A stretch of DNA of 63,035 nucleotides, the filler included, from Octopus bimaculoides (lineage: Eukaryota): NCBI RefSeq assembly GCF_001194135.2. It is 3 parts of 3 records of this genome, joined end to end, with 100 filler letters (N's around TTAATTAATTAA, not from the genome) between each part and the next. Parts side by side here need not be neighbours in the genome. Positions count along the whole stretch, not along the records: positions 31,283 to 54,741 come from NC_068993.1; 2 more parts are not named here. The stretch is one strand, 5' to 3'. Below are positions 42,046 to 54,841 of this stretch, in pieces (the stretch's first letter is position 1; every line of letters starts with the position of its first letter). Below the pieces are notes generated by a model. The model was not told where the DNA came from. It saw only the letters and a list, made by a program, of their open reading frames with translations, and did no database searches. The translations under genes were made by a program, and so were the position numbers.

Positions 42046-42362
42046 TACTTGTTTCAGTCATTAGACTGTGGCCATGCTGAGGCATAGCCTTGAAAAATTT
42101 TAGTCGAATGAATCGATCCCGGTACTTATTTTTTCTTTTTCTTAAGTATTGGTACCTGTTCTTTCGGTGACTTTTGTTGAACCGCTTCGTTACAGGGGCC
42201 TTAACACACTGGTTGTCAAGCAGAGTGGGGGATAGAACACACACACATCTCACAATGCTTTGGTCGGTCTGAGGTTATAGTAAAAGACACTTGCCCGAGG
42301 TGTCACGCAGTGGGACTGAACCCGGAAGCATGTGGTTGGGAAGCAAACTTTGCACCACACAG
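42045..42362 (-). mobile_element. SINE family A (internal deletion)
   Basis: ttacttgtttcagtcattagactgtggccatgctg...gtcacgcagtgggactgaacccggaagcatgtggttgggaagc. Confidence 0.85.
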
Positions 42363-42879
42363 TTATATCCACGTGGTACAGAAAATCGCTTTGCAATTAC
42401 GCTGTTCCGGGCTCCATCGTAAAACGTAGCATCTTTCACGTGTTTTACCATCAACTTTTATTGAGTAAGGGATTTTATGTGAAATGTGGTTGATAGGAGC
42501 TATGCTGAAGCACACGCACGCGCGTGCGTACGCATACACACATACACACAAGCATACACACGCATACACACAAGCATACACACAAGCATACACACGCATA
42601 CACACAAGCATACGTGTAGTGTGTATATTCGCGCCTGACTTTCGTGTACAACTAAATTTCAAGTAGTAAATTTTTAAGGGGAAGTAACTCTTTAACGCAA
42701 AGCAACTGAATGAATGAACTTGATATCTATAGATGAATAAAATGTGTCATAGAATAACGGTTTTAAATGCACATACACGCGCATACATACATACATACAT
42801 ACATACATACATACATACATACATACATACATACATACGTACGTACGTACGTACGTACGTATAGTATGTATCACGGTAT

Positions 42880-43440
42880 TTTCTACCGATGCGGTATGAC
42901 GTAGCTAGGACACTATATAATGAAATACGTCGGAAGGATAATACCGAGGACAAGGAAATAAGAACCCACAGTATGGTAGAAGCCATAACCAATCATAATA
43001 AAAAGAAATATTGGTGGAATATACCAGTGAAGACCTCAATAAAATGTAAGCACAACAGACCTGATNNNNNNNNNNNNNNNNNNNNNNNNNNNNNNNNNNN
43101 NNNNNNNNNNNNNNNNNNNNNNCCTACGCTGAACTATTGAGAAATCTGCAGTTACTCTATTCAGATTACCAAATTCAGGTTTATACCTGTAAATTATTGG
43201 GGTCCCCGGGATATGTAACACACTGTCTAAATACCAATCTTAAGAAATTAGGCTTCTCAAAACCAGAAAGGAGAAAGCTGATTCGAAGACTACAGATCCA
43301 ATCCATCACTGGAAAACTTTATCATTTGAATATATATGAGCATGTCTAGATATACAACTATATGCATGAGAATACATACATAAAACATACATACATACAT
43401 ACATACATACATACATACATACATACATACATACATACAA
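42880..43440 (+). mobile_element. 3' end of a second RLE-type non-LTR family, copy A, with (CATA)n tail
   Basis: YDVARTLYNEIRRKD...YWWNIPVKTSIKCKHNRPD, YAELLRNLQLLY and KKLGFSKPERRKLIRRLQIQSITG, then 3' UTR and (CATA)n. Confidence 0.8.
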
Positions 43441-43770
43441 GAGAAACTGTGCACAATTGTGGAAATTAGCTGCCCAGTGGATGTTAAAAAACTGAACTAT
43501 TGAGAAATCTGCAGTTATGCTATCCAGATTACAAGTTCAGGTTTATACCTGTAATTATTGGGGCCCTGGGATATGTAACACACTACCTAAATATCAATCT
43601 TGAGAAAGCAGAAAGGAGAAAGCTAATTTGAAGACTACAGATCCAATCCATCACCAGAACTGTAAAAATCTCTAAAACTTTCCAGAAGTTTATTATTTAA
43701 ATATATATAAGCATGTCTAGATATGCAACTATATGCATGAGAATACATACATAAAGCAAAACATACAAAT
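43441..43770 (+). mobile_element. Same RLE family, copy B, in tandem after the tail of copy A
   Basis: CTIVEISCPVDV, ELLRNLQLCYPDYKFRFIPVIIGALGYVTH and TVKISKTFQKFII*; same 3' UTR. Confidence 0.8.
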
Positions 43771-44546
43771 CTGCACACACACACACACACACATACATAC
43801 ATACATATATACATACATACATGCATACATGCATGCATGTATACATACATGCATACATAAATACATGCATGCATGCATACATACATGCAGACAGACATAC
43901 ATACATACAATGTATGTGTATGTCTGTCCGTCTGTATGTCGTCTATCCTCTATCTATCTGTCTGTCTGTCTCTATCTATCTATCTATCTCTATGTCTATC
44001 TCTCTATCTATCTCTCTATCTCTCTATCTCTCTCTCTATCTATCTATCTATCTATCTATCTATCCGAATGTTTGTGTGTTAATCGCTGACTTTATATATG
44101 CCAGTCACAGTGATTAAATATTTGTGGCTCTATAATTTCTGTCAGTGGATCCTATATGTCCCTTATACTTTCAGTCGGCTGCATCTTTGATCAGGGAACT
44201 AATCCAGAATTTCTATTGTCCAATATCCTCTCAAGCATTCAATATTAATTTCAATAAAGGTTTCCATTTTTTGTATGTGTGCTTGAGTGTGTGTACATGT
44301 GTGTGTATGTGCATGCGTATGTGTATATGACCGTGTCTGTGTATGTATGTTTGTGCGTGCGTTTGTGTGGTTGTGCATGTGCGCGTGTGTTTGTATGTGT
44401 GTGTGAAAGAGAGAGAGAAACTTTTCGGAAAATTTCGAGAGTTGTACAGTTTAATGACTCAACCCATTTCTCAGTACTTACTCAACATGTGAGTTCGTAT
44501 GCGAGTGGGCCATATTAGACCTTTGTAGATTCGAAGCATATAATAT

Positions 44547-44568
44547 AGTAGTAGTAGTAGTAGTAGTG

Positions 44569-44630
<62 letters not shown>
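44547..44630. repeat. (TAG)n microsatellite running into a gap
   Basis: Direct tandem. Confidence 0.9.
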
Positions 44631-45084
44631 NNNNNNNNNNNNNNNNNNNNNNNNNNNNNNNNNNNNNNNNNNNNNNNNNNNNNNNNNNNNNNGGGGGGGG
44701 GGGCAGCACCACCACCGCCGCCGCCGCCGAATCCACCACCACCACCACCACCACATTCTTGTTGTTCTTTATCTAATGAACTCGATTTGTCTTACCTGGA
44801 AAATAATCTACGGATTAGACTTTTATCAGAAATAGGCCGTGATGTGCGTTTGAGAAGTTGGGATCGAATTTAAAGACAATTTACTTTACAAGTATGGCAG
44901 ATCTTTAAAATGAAGAAACAAAGTGAATTGGGACGTGATTAAAACACGGGGAGACTCAGGCTCTGATACTCTCCGCTTTGAGGCAACACCAGACGCGATC
45001 CCAGGAATTTTTTGAAGGGAAGGCACAACATCAGAGGAAATGCAATTTCAGGAGAAAAGAGCGTAATAACACGTTTATATGTAC

Positions 45085-45305
45085 GTATTTATGTGTGTGC
45101 GTGTCTGTCTGTTTGTCCACCCACCATCACTTCCCAACTAGTATTGGTTTGTTTACGTCCCCGTAACTTACAGGTTCTACAAAAGAGACCGGTAATATAA
45201 GTACCAGACTTAAATAGAAAAAGAACCACTAGGGTCGATTTACTCGATTATAATCCTTCAAGGCATGGTCGCAGGCCAATGGGGGAAATAAGTAAAAGAA
45301 ATAAA
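45085..45305 (+). mobile_element. SINE family A, 3' half
   Basis: gtttacgtccccgtaactta...ataagtaccagac...gggtcgatttactcgatt...gcatggtcgcag. Confidence 0.75.
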
Positions 45306-45954
45306 AGAAGAAAGATGATGTGGGATTCATTATAATTTTCTTAAAGCTATTTGGAACGTCAATGAAATTCATTGTAAAATTGTACCTGATCATGCATGTA
45401 GACAGAGTAGTTTTTGTTTGTTTTTTAACTGTGACAATTGACATTTAATAATGTTACATTAAGGAGTGGAACACACAATTCCCTGTAATTCAGACGACCT
45501 CATGGTCCCAGCGGACAAATGGAAAAGGCGTTGCGTCAGAGGATGGCGAAGAAGATACACTGGGACAACCACTTTAATTCATGGAACTCGCACTTGCGAA
45601 ATGCCATCTCAGCCCCGATAGCGGTGAGCAGGAATATGGTCCTGGGGGCGAAAACTCCGGAGGTCTCCACTGCTACAGGCTCGACATTGTTCCAAAAGGA
45701 TAATTTAAATAAATTGCAAAATTAACTCATCAAGAATTGACCTTTCTGAAGTGAATGAAAAGTAAAACTAAATTCATTCTCTGTTATATCAATTGTGAGT
45801 ATCCCAGCTGTTCTATCGCAGGAACCGTTTATTCATTGTATTATAGTGTAAATGGTTGACTATTCTACAGATATTGACACCTTAACGTAATCCTCGGACA
45901 AAATTTAAGTGACACACTGTGGCAAAGTAGAATATTTGACTTACGGCAGAGTTC

Positions 45955-46050
45955 CATCTCTAGATATACAACTATATGCATGAGAATACATACATAAAAT
46001 ATAAAAATCTGCTCCTACATACATACATACATACATACATACATACATAC
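45955..46050 (+). mobile_element. 3' UTR fragment of the (CATA)n-tailed RLE family
   Basis: tctagatatacaactatatgcatgagaatacatacataaaa followed by (CATA)n. Confidence 0.65.
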
Positions 46051-46055
46051 ATTTA

Positions 46056-46170
46056 AGGCTTGGGTCGACTGGATGCCACCACAAAAGACGCTTGCTAAGG
46101 ATGCTAGGCGCTGAGACTGAACTTGAGTCATCAAGATTGTGAAGCGAGCTTCTTAGCCACACGGTCATTT
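46056..46170 (-). mobile_element. SINE family A, diverged head
   Basis: aaggcttgggtcgact...gacgcttgctaaggatgc...gagcttcttagccacacgg. Confidence 0.55.
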
Positions 46171-46694
46171 ACACATTCTAGACTGACTCACGAGGCGGTG
46201 TCAGTGGAATGTCTTACATTGAAGAAAATGATATTAAATGAGCTTCATACGTTTCTTAAGAGCTTTAGTGACGTCAATGAAATATTGCCTCTACTTGAAA
46301 TCAAAAATGGGGTACAGTAACCCTCTTCTTCACAGATGACAGTAAAAATATAATTTATGAATGGTAGATAGACATACTGATGGTGTTACAAGACAAATTT
46401 TATAAAGAACAGTAGACATACTTAGTGACGTGTTACATTTGAAGTATTATTACTTTTATATAGAGCAAAGGAAATGTATAAGCGATAGAGTTGCAACATT
46501 CGTGACATTATTACTAACTTTAATAAACAGTACTAGTCACAGCATTTATAAGAAAGCTCTCTCTGTAGTGATAGAGTCCGAACATTTCTAACAATACTAA
46601 TTTTACATAGAACAGCAGATATTTATTATAGCAGTAACAACATTCAAAACAAAATTAACTTCATAACTCATTTGTACTGTTCGTAGATTTACCG

Positions 46695-46730
<36 letters not shown>

Positions 46731-47352
46731 CATCCCTCACGCGCTTATATACCTATACACATACATGAATACGTAAGTATATACAGACACACATACGTAC
46801 CTAGCTACATACATACACACATGCATACCTACATATATATATATACATACCCATATATATATACATATGTACACACATATACATACATACATACATATAT
46901 ACATACATACATATATACATATATACCCAAAATTTCAAGGAGTTCCTGCCTTAAAAACAGGAGCTAACCACAGTTATTTTGTGTTCTTTGCTACATTGGT
47001 TTCTATTAACCCATTTATTCTATCAGAAGAATTTTTATTCATTNNNNNNNNNNNNNNNNNNNNNNNNNNNNNNNNNNNNNNNNNNNNNNNNNNNNNNNNN
47101 NNNNNNNNNNNNNNNNNNNNNNNNNNNNNNNNNNNNNNNNNNNNNNNNNNNNNNNNNNNNNNNNNNNNNNNNNNNNNNNNNNNNNNNNNNNNNNNNNNNN
47201 NNNNNNNNNNNNNNNNNNNNNNNNNNNNNNNNNNNNNNNNNNNNNNNNNNNNNNNNNNNNNNNNNNNNNNNNNNNNNNNNNNNNNNNNNNNNNNNNNNNN
47301 NNNNNNATATATATATATATATACGTACATACATCATACACACGCACACACA

Positions 47353-47530
47353 TATACATTGTGGCACTCCGTCGGTTACAACGACGAGGGTTCCAGTTGA
47401 TCAGGTCAATGGAACAGACTGCACGTGAAATTAATGTGTAAGTGGCTGAGCACTCCACAGACACGTGTAGCCTTAACGTAGTTCTCGGGGAGATTCAGCG
47501 TGACAGAGTGTATGACAAGGCTGGGATCTA
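47353..47530 (-). mobile_element. tRNA-derived SINE, family C, 3' part
   Basis: gtggctgagcactccacagacacg...gtagttctcggggagattcagcgtgac; homologous to 50022-50320. Confidence 0.75.
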
Positions 47531-47710
47531 TTTTAAAACGGGGGCCACATTTTTCATTAATGTTTTACGTAGTGTTTTTGGTACGGAAAGACTTTCAAAC
47601 TTCGTATACTTATATATTTTGTGTTATAGAACAGAAAAATATGTTTGTATTCGAATTTATTTCATGTAAAAAATTGTCTTATTTCGATAATTTCAACCAA
47701 TCACTGACAA
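47524..47710. mobile_element. Solo arm of the GGATC fold-back family
   Basis: catttttcattaatgtttta...ctttcaaacttcgtatact...aatttcaaccaatcactgac matches 22618-22790. Confidence 0.7.
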
Positions 47711-48649
47711 GTATTCAGTTGTTTATATTTACTCCTTTGGCTGATTAAGCGATGTAAAGCGTATTTAATCTCCATACCTTCGTTTTATTTGCTTTTTTCA
47801 TTTTAAATTTGCTTTNNNNNNNNNNNNNNNNNNNNNNNNNNNNNNNNNNNNNNNNNNNNNNNNNNNNNNNNNNNNNNNNNNNNNNNNNNNNNNNNNNNNN
47901 NNNNNNNNNNNNNNNNNNNNNNNNNNNNNNNNNNNNNNNNNNNNNNNNNNNNNNNNNNNNNNNNNNNNNNNNNNNNNNNNNNNNNNNNNNNNNNNNNNNN
48001 NNNNNNNNNNNNNNNNNNNNNNNNNNNNNNNNNNNNNNNNNNNNNNNNNNNNNNNNNNNNNNNNNNNNNNNNNNNNNNNNNNNNNNNNNNNNNNNNNNNN
48101 NNNNNNNNNNNNNNNNNNNNNNNNNNNNNNNNNNNNNNNNNNNNNNNNNNNNNNNNNNNNNNNNNNNNNNNNNNNNNNNNNNNNNNNNNNNNNNNNNNNN
48201 NNNNNNNNNNNNNNNNNNNNNNNNNNNNNNNNNNNNNNNNNNNNNNNNNNNNNNNNNNNNNNNNNNNNNNNNNNNNNNNNNNNNNNNNNNNNNNNNNNNN
48301 NNNNNNNNNNNNNNNNNNNNNNNNNNNNNNNNNNNNNNNNNNNNNNNNNNNNNNNNNNNNNNNNNNNNNNNNNNNNNNNNNNNNNNNNNNNNNNNNNNNN
48401 NNNNNNNNNNNNNNNNNNNNNNNNNNNNNNNNNNNNNNNNNNNNNNNNNNNNNNNNNNNNNNNNNNNNNNNNNNNNNNNNNNNNNNNNNNNNNNNNNNNN
48501 NNNNNNNNNNNNNNNNNNNNNNNNNNNNNNNNNNNNNNNNNNNNNNNNNNNNNNNNNNNNNNNNNNNNNNNNNNNNNNNNNNNTTCCAACTCCAGAATTA
48601 GAGGAAAAGGAATCTTTACTATTATGAATCAACTGCAGTGTGTTGAGAA

Positions 48650-48742
48650 GGAGGAGGAGGGGGGGAGGAGGAGGAGAAGAAGAAGAAGAAGAAGAAGAAG
48701 AAGAAGAAGAAGAAGAAGAAGAAGAAGAAGAAGAAGAAGAAA
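48650..48742. repeat. (GAG)n(AAG)n purine microsatellite
   Basis: Direct tandem. Confidence 0.9.
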
Positions 48743-49377
48743 GCTGTTTATATAACCCCTATGACAGAAATATAAGAGGATCCTTTGTTGTCAAACGTTG
48801 CCTATGAAATTAGTGTAGGTTTCCGAAAACCGGAAACCTTTTTTTAAAAATCGGCCATCTCTGGGTCAGTGCGGCCACGTAACAAGAGCTTTACTATATA
48901 ATGTTAGACAATGCAGGGGTTTGTGACTTGGCTAATAGTTGTTGTTGCTGTTGTTGATGATGATGGTGATGTTGCCGCTAGTGGTAGTGGTGTGTTGGTG
49001 ATGGTGGTGTTGGTGTTGGTGTTGACGATGTGGTTGTTTTGTTTGTTGGAGTATTTTGAACAGTAGTTGCATAAAGATAGATGATATTCGTGATAAACAA
49101 TGGAAATACTATCTATCTACAATATGACACAAACAGGCAGAGAGAAAAGTAAACTAAACAACGCCGATAACACGCGTGCATGTGTGTGAAGTGGGTGGGA
49201 GTGTATATGTGTGTGTATAAGGGAGGGGACAGAGATAGGCGGCGGGGTGTAACATTAATCCATAATTTTGCCAAATAGCGAAGACATCCGTCTGTCTTGG
49301 AAGAAGATAATGATACGGTTACCACCTTGGTTGACATCTTCGTCTAATAATATATGTATTTTTTTTATCTATCTTTT

Positions 49378-49735
49378 ATTTTTTACTTGTTTCAGTCATT
49401 AGACTGCGGCCATGCTAGGGCATCGCATTCAAGAATTTTTAGTCAGCTGAATCGACCCCAGTACGTTTTCTCTTTGAGTCTGGCACTTATTCTCTTTTGT
49501 TGAACTGCTAAATTACGGTGACGTAAACAAACCAACAGCGGTTGCCAAGCGGTGGTAGGTGACAAACACACACATACACACACATACATATAGAGAAGGT
49601 CTTCATTCAGTTTCCGCCTACCAAATACACCCACGAGGCTGTGGTCGCCCCAAAGCTGTTGTAGAAGTCACTTGCTCAAGCTGCCACGCTGTGGGGAGAA
49701 ACTTGTGGTTGGGAAGCAAGTTTCTCACCACACGC
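49378..49735 (-). mobile_element. SINE family A
   Basis: ttacttgtttcagtcattagactgcggccatgct...cacttgctcaagctgccacgc...gtggttgggaagcaag. Confidence 0.85.
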
Positions 49736-49888
49736 ACACACACACACATAAACACACAAATATACATATGCATACATGTGTGTGCGTGAGTGCATATGTC
49801 TGTATGTACCAAAGTATTTACAATTATATTGAGTTAAGTCTTTCTTAGAGGTTGTAATACATAGTACACCCTAGTTACTACAGAGCTC

Positions 49889-49947
<59 letters not shown>

Positions 49948-50021
49948 ATCTGATATGATATCGCCGACTAAAACAAGCTTGGTGCTATGTCCAAATGCTA
50001 ACTAAGCCAATTGGCACACAA

Positions 50022-50320
50022 CTGGCTCTCCGTCAGTTACGACAAGGATTCCAGCCGATCCAATCAACGGAACAGCCTGCTCGTGAAATTAACGTGCAAG
50101 TGGCTGAGCACTCCATAGATACGCGTACTTTTAACGTAGTTCTCGGGGAGATTCAGCGTGACACAGAATGCGACAAAGCTGGCTCTTTGAATTACAGGTA
50201 CAACCCCTTTTTGCCAGCCGTAGACTAGAGCAACGTGAAATAAAAAGTCTTGCTCAAGGACAGAACGCGCCGCCAGGTATCGAACTGACGACCTTATGAT
50301 CGAACCGAATACTAAGCCGC
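50022..50320 (-). mobile_element. tRNA-derived SINE, family C, near full-length
   Basis: Reverse complement: tRNA-like head cataaggtcgtcagttcgatacctgg, CORE-like tgtccttgagcaagac, then the body shared with 47353. Confidence 0.8.
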
Positions 50321-51699
50321 ATTTAGCTGAATAAAATAGCTACAAGACTTCAATAAATACTTCAGTTAATTTGATTGACTAAAAACCCCAAGGTGGTACT
50401 CCAGCCTGGCTGCAATCTAATTGACTGAAACCGTAAATGAGTAAAAGAGCATATTGTATATAAATATACATTCTCCATAACTTACGTGCCTATATATTTG
50501 TATGGGGCGTGTATAATGATATATAGTGCACTATTAACAAATGAATTTACTTTTTCACTTTCCCAGCGCCTGTAATGTTATGCAAATAAGAGATATTTGT
50601 TCAGTTGACCCAGGTTCCAGACACTATAAATAGCTTTAAGTTGTGTCTGATTCCCCTATCAATTTCTACACAATGCGTCTATTTACCCATTCAACATGTA
50701 CTCACAGTGTCAATGGTTTCATTCAAAATCTACACACAGTGTCTAGCAACCCGGTCAATGTATCCAATCAATATTTCCACACTATGTCTATGGATCCAGT
50801 CATCTACACGGTTTCGAGCTATCCATTGAGCATCTGCACACCGTGCTATGCTACCCGTTTAACATCTACACATTGTGTCAAGCTATCCATTCAACAACTA
50901 CACACTGTGTCTAGCTATCCATTCAATACCTATGCACTGCGTTTAGCTATCCATTAAACATCAGCCAACATCTATAATATCCCTGTAGACAGAAAATGTA
51001 TCGTTTTTCTTTGATGGAAGATTAACAAAAAATCAGAGACTGGTCTAATCAATTCCTTTTCTGTCCACAGAGAGATAAACCTGTGACATAACTGCTTTGT
51101 TTACTAACGCAGCGGTGCTAAAGTGTATGGCTATTAAGAAGGAATATTTTGTTTTTCAAAATATTCTCAAAAAAATCTGTGCAGTACAATATCCATCAAT
51201 CTACTTGTGTGTGTGTGTATGTGCATGTGTGTATGTAAAGCATGTGTAGTAATAAAGTTTTATGTTATTCATTATATCGTAAAGGTATTTCCTTAACAAT
51301 ACCTGTTATATTAGGTAATAACTTAGAAACAGATTATATCATCAAATCACCGGAAATTGCATGATAAACATAAATAACTTCTAATTTATATAATAGACTC
51401 AGATAGTATTATGGTATCGACAAACATACCATGTTGTAACACTCCAACATCTAGACATCGTTTCAAACTATGAACTCAACATCTACACACGATTTCTACC
51501 TAATCAACTCCAAAGTAATATTGCCTGTCTAGCCAACAGCTACACTATGTTCTCTTTATCTAGCTAGCTAACCAGTTATCAGTCACCCAGTTTGACTGCT
51601 TAATCAACATCTACTGGTTATGTATCAGTCCAGTCAACATTTACGCACTATCTGTATATCCATTCAACACCCACACGCTAAATAGATAGATTGTGTGTG

Positions 51700-51853
51700 C
51701 AGTTGTGGCCAAAAATTTGGAACATTTTTTTAAAAATTAGGATTGTTATGCCCAAGTACAATTCGATTTAAATATATTCATCGTATATATTTGGGCATTT
51801 AATATAAAGATTCTAATTTTCAGACCTATGTTCCAAACTTTTAGCCACGACTG
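51700..51853. mobile_element. Tc1-like MITE
   Basis: cagttgtggccaaaaatttggaaca / tgttccaaacttttagccacgactg, the classic CAGT.GTGGCCAAAAGT Tc1 end; TG/TA flanks. Confidence 0.8.
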
Positions 51854-53203
51854 TACACACAATCTATCTATTTAGTTGACATGTAAACACTGTGCCTATC
51901 TCTGGTTAATACCTACACATTGTCTATCCAGTCAGTATCTATATGCAATATCTGTCTATACTTCTAACATCTATACATTGTCTGTCTATCCCAGTGCTTA
52001 CACTCTTATGCCCCACCACAGGAGAGTAGAGTACGAAAGACTAAGCATTTCCATACACAACACAGGCACTAGTACTGTAAAACTTTCTTTCTCCAAGATA
52101 TATATCTTCTAGTAGAAAAATTCCTCGTTTCCGATGTGGCCAACATTCTAAGAGTTGCTCTAACTAATATCAGCACTAATCTGAATATCAACAGCCAAAA
52201 CAGTTTTGCAATGAGTCACGTGATCGGGAACATTACTATCACTGCCATCAAACCGTTTATTCATCACTAGCGTTCTATTGGCATAGTAATTATTAACGCC
52301 AACCGAAGCTCCAATAGTTCATGCCAGGGACGAATAAATGACACCGTGAATGGCAGGAACAACACATACAGTATCTGTAATTTCAGCAACCCAAGTTCTA
52401 GTTCCATCGAAGGTAAATGTTTAAAAAAAAACATCATTTACAAATGCATAGTTATAATCCGGACTCGACCGAAGTGTATGTCACTCAAAATGCTTACGGT
52501 TTCAAAGCACGTGTATATTTTCACTCAAACTCGTTCAGAAACATTGCTAAAGAGAATATTAGCTCACTGTTTAAATATTTTAACTTTAAAATCTGAACAT
52601 CCCTCAACAACTAAAATTGCCTATTGTTGCTAAAACAAGAACTTGTATTGGAAATAAAAGTAATTGTAATCTCTGTACCACATAGGTCTTGGAAATCTTC
52701 TTTAAAATGGATACCCATTTTAACTGTATATCTAAGAATGTTTCATCATGCATCCACTTGAGATATGTCGCTTATAAACACTGTGAACCCATATTAGACC
52801 CGACTAGATAGAAATTGTCATACCATAAAAGTGCAGAATGCATGGCTTACACCACGTACCTCCTGAGTGCATTCAATGGCTAGTCGCAAAATAATATTAC
52901 AACCATCAGCAGACACAAATCAGCTTTTTTAACAATACATTTTATAATATACTTTTATTTATTGCTAATAATTTATATGCATAAGTGGTATTATATATTC
53001 AGTTTTGTTTACTTATTTATTCATGTTTCGAAGTCTATTATTATTGTTATGCCGTTGTTGTTACAGTTATCATCATTGTTGTTGAGATTGTGGTTGCTGT
53101 TGTTGTTGTTGTTTGTATCATTCTTTTCCTGTAAAGTGTTTCTATACTCATTTAATAGCAGTCATCGAAAAATGAGAGTAAAAAAAAATGTGGTGGGGAT
53201 AGA

Positions 53204-53348
<145 letters not shown>

Positions 53349-53430
53349 GGATAGAAAGATAGACAGATAGACAGACAGAGAGACAGACAGAGAGACAGAC
53401 AGAGAGACAGACAGAGAGACAGATGGATAG

Positions 53431-53493
53431 ATACATTTCTTTTATTAGCCACACAGGGCTCAACAAAGATGGGACGAATACAATGTAGAGCTT
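53431..53493 (-). mobile_element. 63-bp 3' stub of the (GATA)n-embedded retroposon
   Basis: Near-identical to 41006-41068; flanked by GATA/GACA repeats. Confidence 0.65.
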
Positions 53494-53558
<65 letters not shown>

Positions 53559-53658
53559 GCGAATTTGAGAAGTTCTGGTTTATCCTGTCAAAATACACAC
53601 TTGTCTCTATCCTGTCAGCATCTAAACACTAAAGTGCACGCATGCGCACGCACACACG

Positions 53659-53690
<32 letters not shown>

Positions 53691-53777
53691 NNNNNNNNNN
53701 NNNNNNNNNNNNNNNNNNNNNNNNNNNNNNNNNNNNNNNNNNNNNNNNNNNNNNNNNNNNNNNNNNNNNNNNNNNNG

Positions 53778-53821
<44 letters not shown>

Positions 53822-54423
53822 TACATGTAGCAGTAGCTTCAATAGCTGCATTCGTTCCAAATACTGTGCGAGATGCATTATACAACGAAAGATCTTGTGC
53901 AGACAATCACATAATTTACTTAAAGGTAGCATTAAACTATGTAAACCTAGATATTCCTGAAAAAAAAAACGAGATAGCCAAGGCAGTGATGCCTTCGATC
54001 AACCTGGGATTGAACAACGATTGGAGTTTATAGTCTATGGCTAACCGAGCGTGACAACATCTTCACACTTGTCTGGATCAGCCCACAATCTACATTTGTC
54101 CAGCCAATGTCTACATCTGTCAAACTAACATCTACCCACGGAGTCTGTCTGTCTATTTGTCCACCTAGTTGCCTACCTACCTACATGTTTATACATTCGT
54201 GATCCAACCAGTCAGTTAACAACTGCATAGTGTGTCAATCTGTGGATTCAACACCTATACACTGTGGACAGTTTCCATTTATCCACTCGTTATTTACACA
54301 ACTTATTCATCCTCTCAACCCTGTAAAAGGCACTTTACCTAATATTTCCTTACCAAAAGGGACTCTCAGTATAAAAGTTATGTCCAACTATCTTTTTTAA
54401 AAATTATTTTTAACTAAAATTTC

Positions 54424-54741
54424 GGATCTGTTCAGTTTTGCTCACAGACTTTTTTTTTTTTTTTTTAAACTAAACAGTTTGAAACGTCGTATACTGGTGT
54501 AATTTCTCACGCTCAACACCTTTGACAAAATTTCGTATTTTAAAAGTTATTTCTTCAACTGAATACACGTCGTTGATTGGTTAAAATTACCCAAATACGA
54601 CAACTTTAACATGAAATAATTTTGTCAAAAATGTGAAAGTAAACCGTATTGAGCGTGAGAAATTACACTAGTATACGAAGTTCCAAACTGTTTTGTTAAA
54701 ATAAAATAATTAAAAAAATCTGTGAGCGAAACTGAACAGAT
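54424..54741. mobile_element. Short palindromic GGATC-ended MITE related to the fold-back family
   Basis: ggatctgttcagttttgctcacaga / tctgtgagcgaaactgaacagat(gap); shares the cgtatac and tacgacaactttaacatgaaataa blocks. Confidence 0.75.
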
Positions 54742-54785
54742 NNNNNNNNNNNNNNNNNNNNNNNNNNNNNNNNNNNNNNNNNNNN

Positions 54786-54797
54786 TTAATTAATTAA
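54786..54797. other. Assembly linker TTAATTAATTAA (artefact)
   Basis: Identical to 31227-31238 and lies inside Ns. Confidence 0.85.
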
Positions 54798-54841
54798 NNN
54801 NNNNNNNNNNNNNNNNNNNNNNNNNNNNNNNNNNNNNNNNN

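Noticed and set aside
45470-45700. GC-rich segment resembling an RTE 5' UTR; possible HDV-like ribozyme
   Set aside because: I could not assemble the nested double pseudoknot by eye; needs an RNAMotif/Infernal search.
52130-52420. Asn/Ser-rich near-open frame ending at a GTAAAT donor-like site
   Set aside because: Contains an in-frame stop, has low-complexity composition and shows no sulfotransferase motif.
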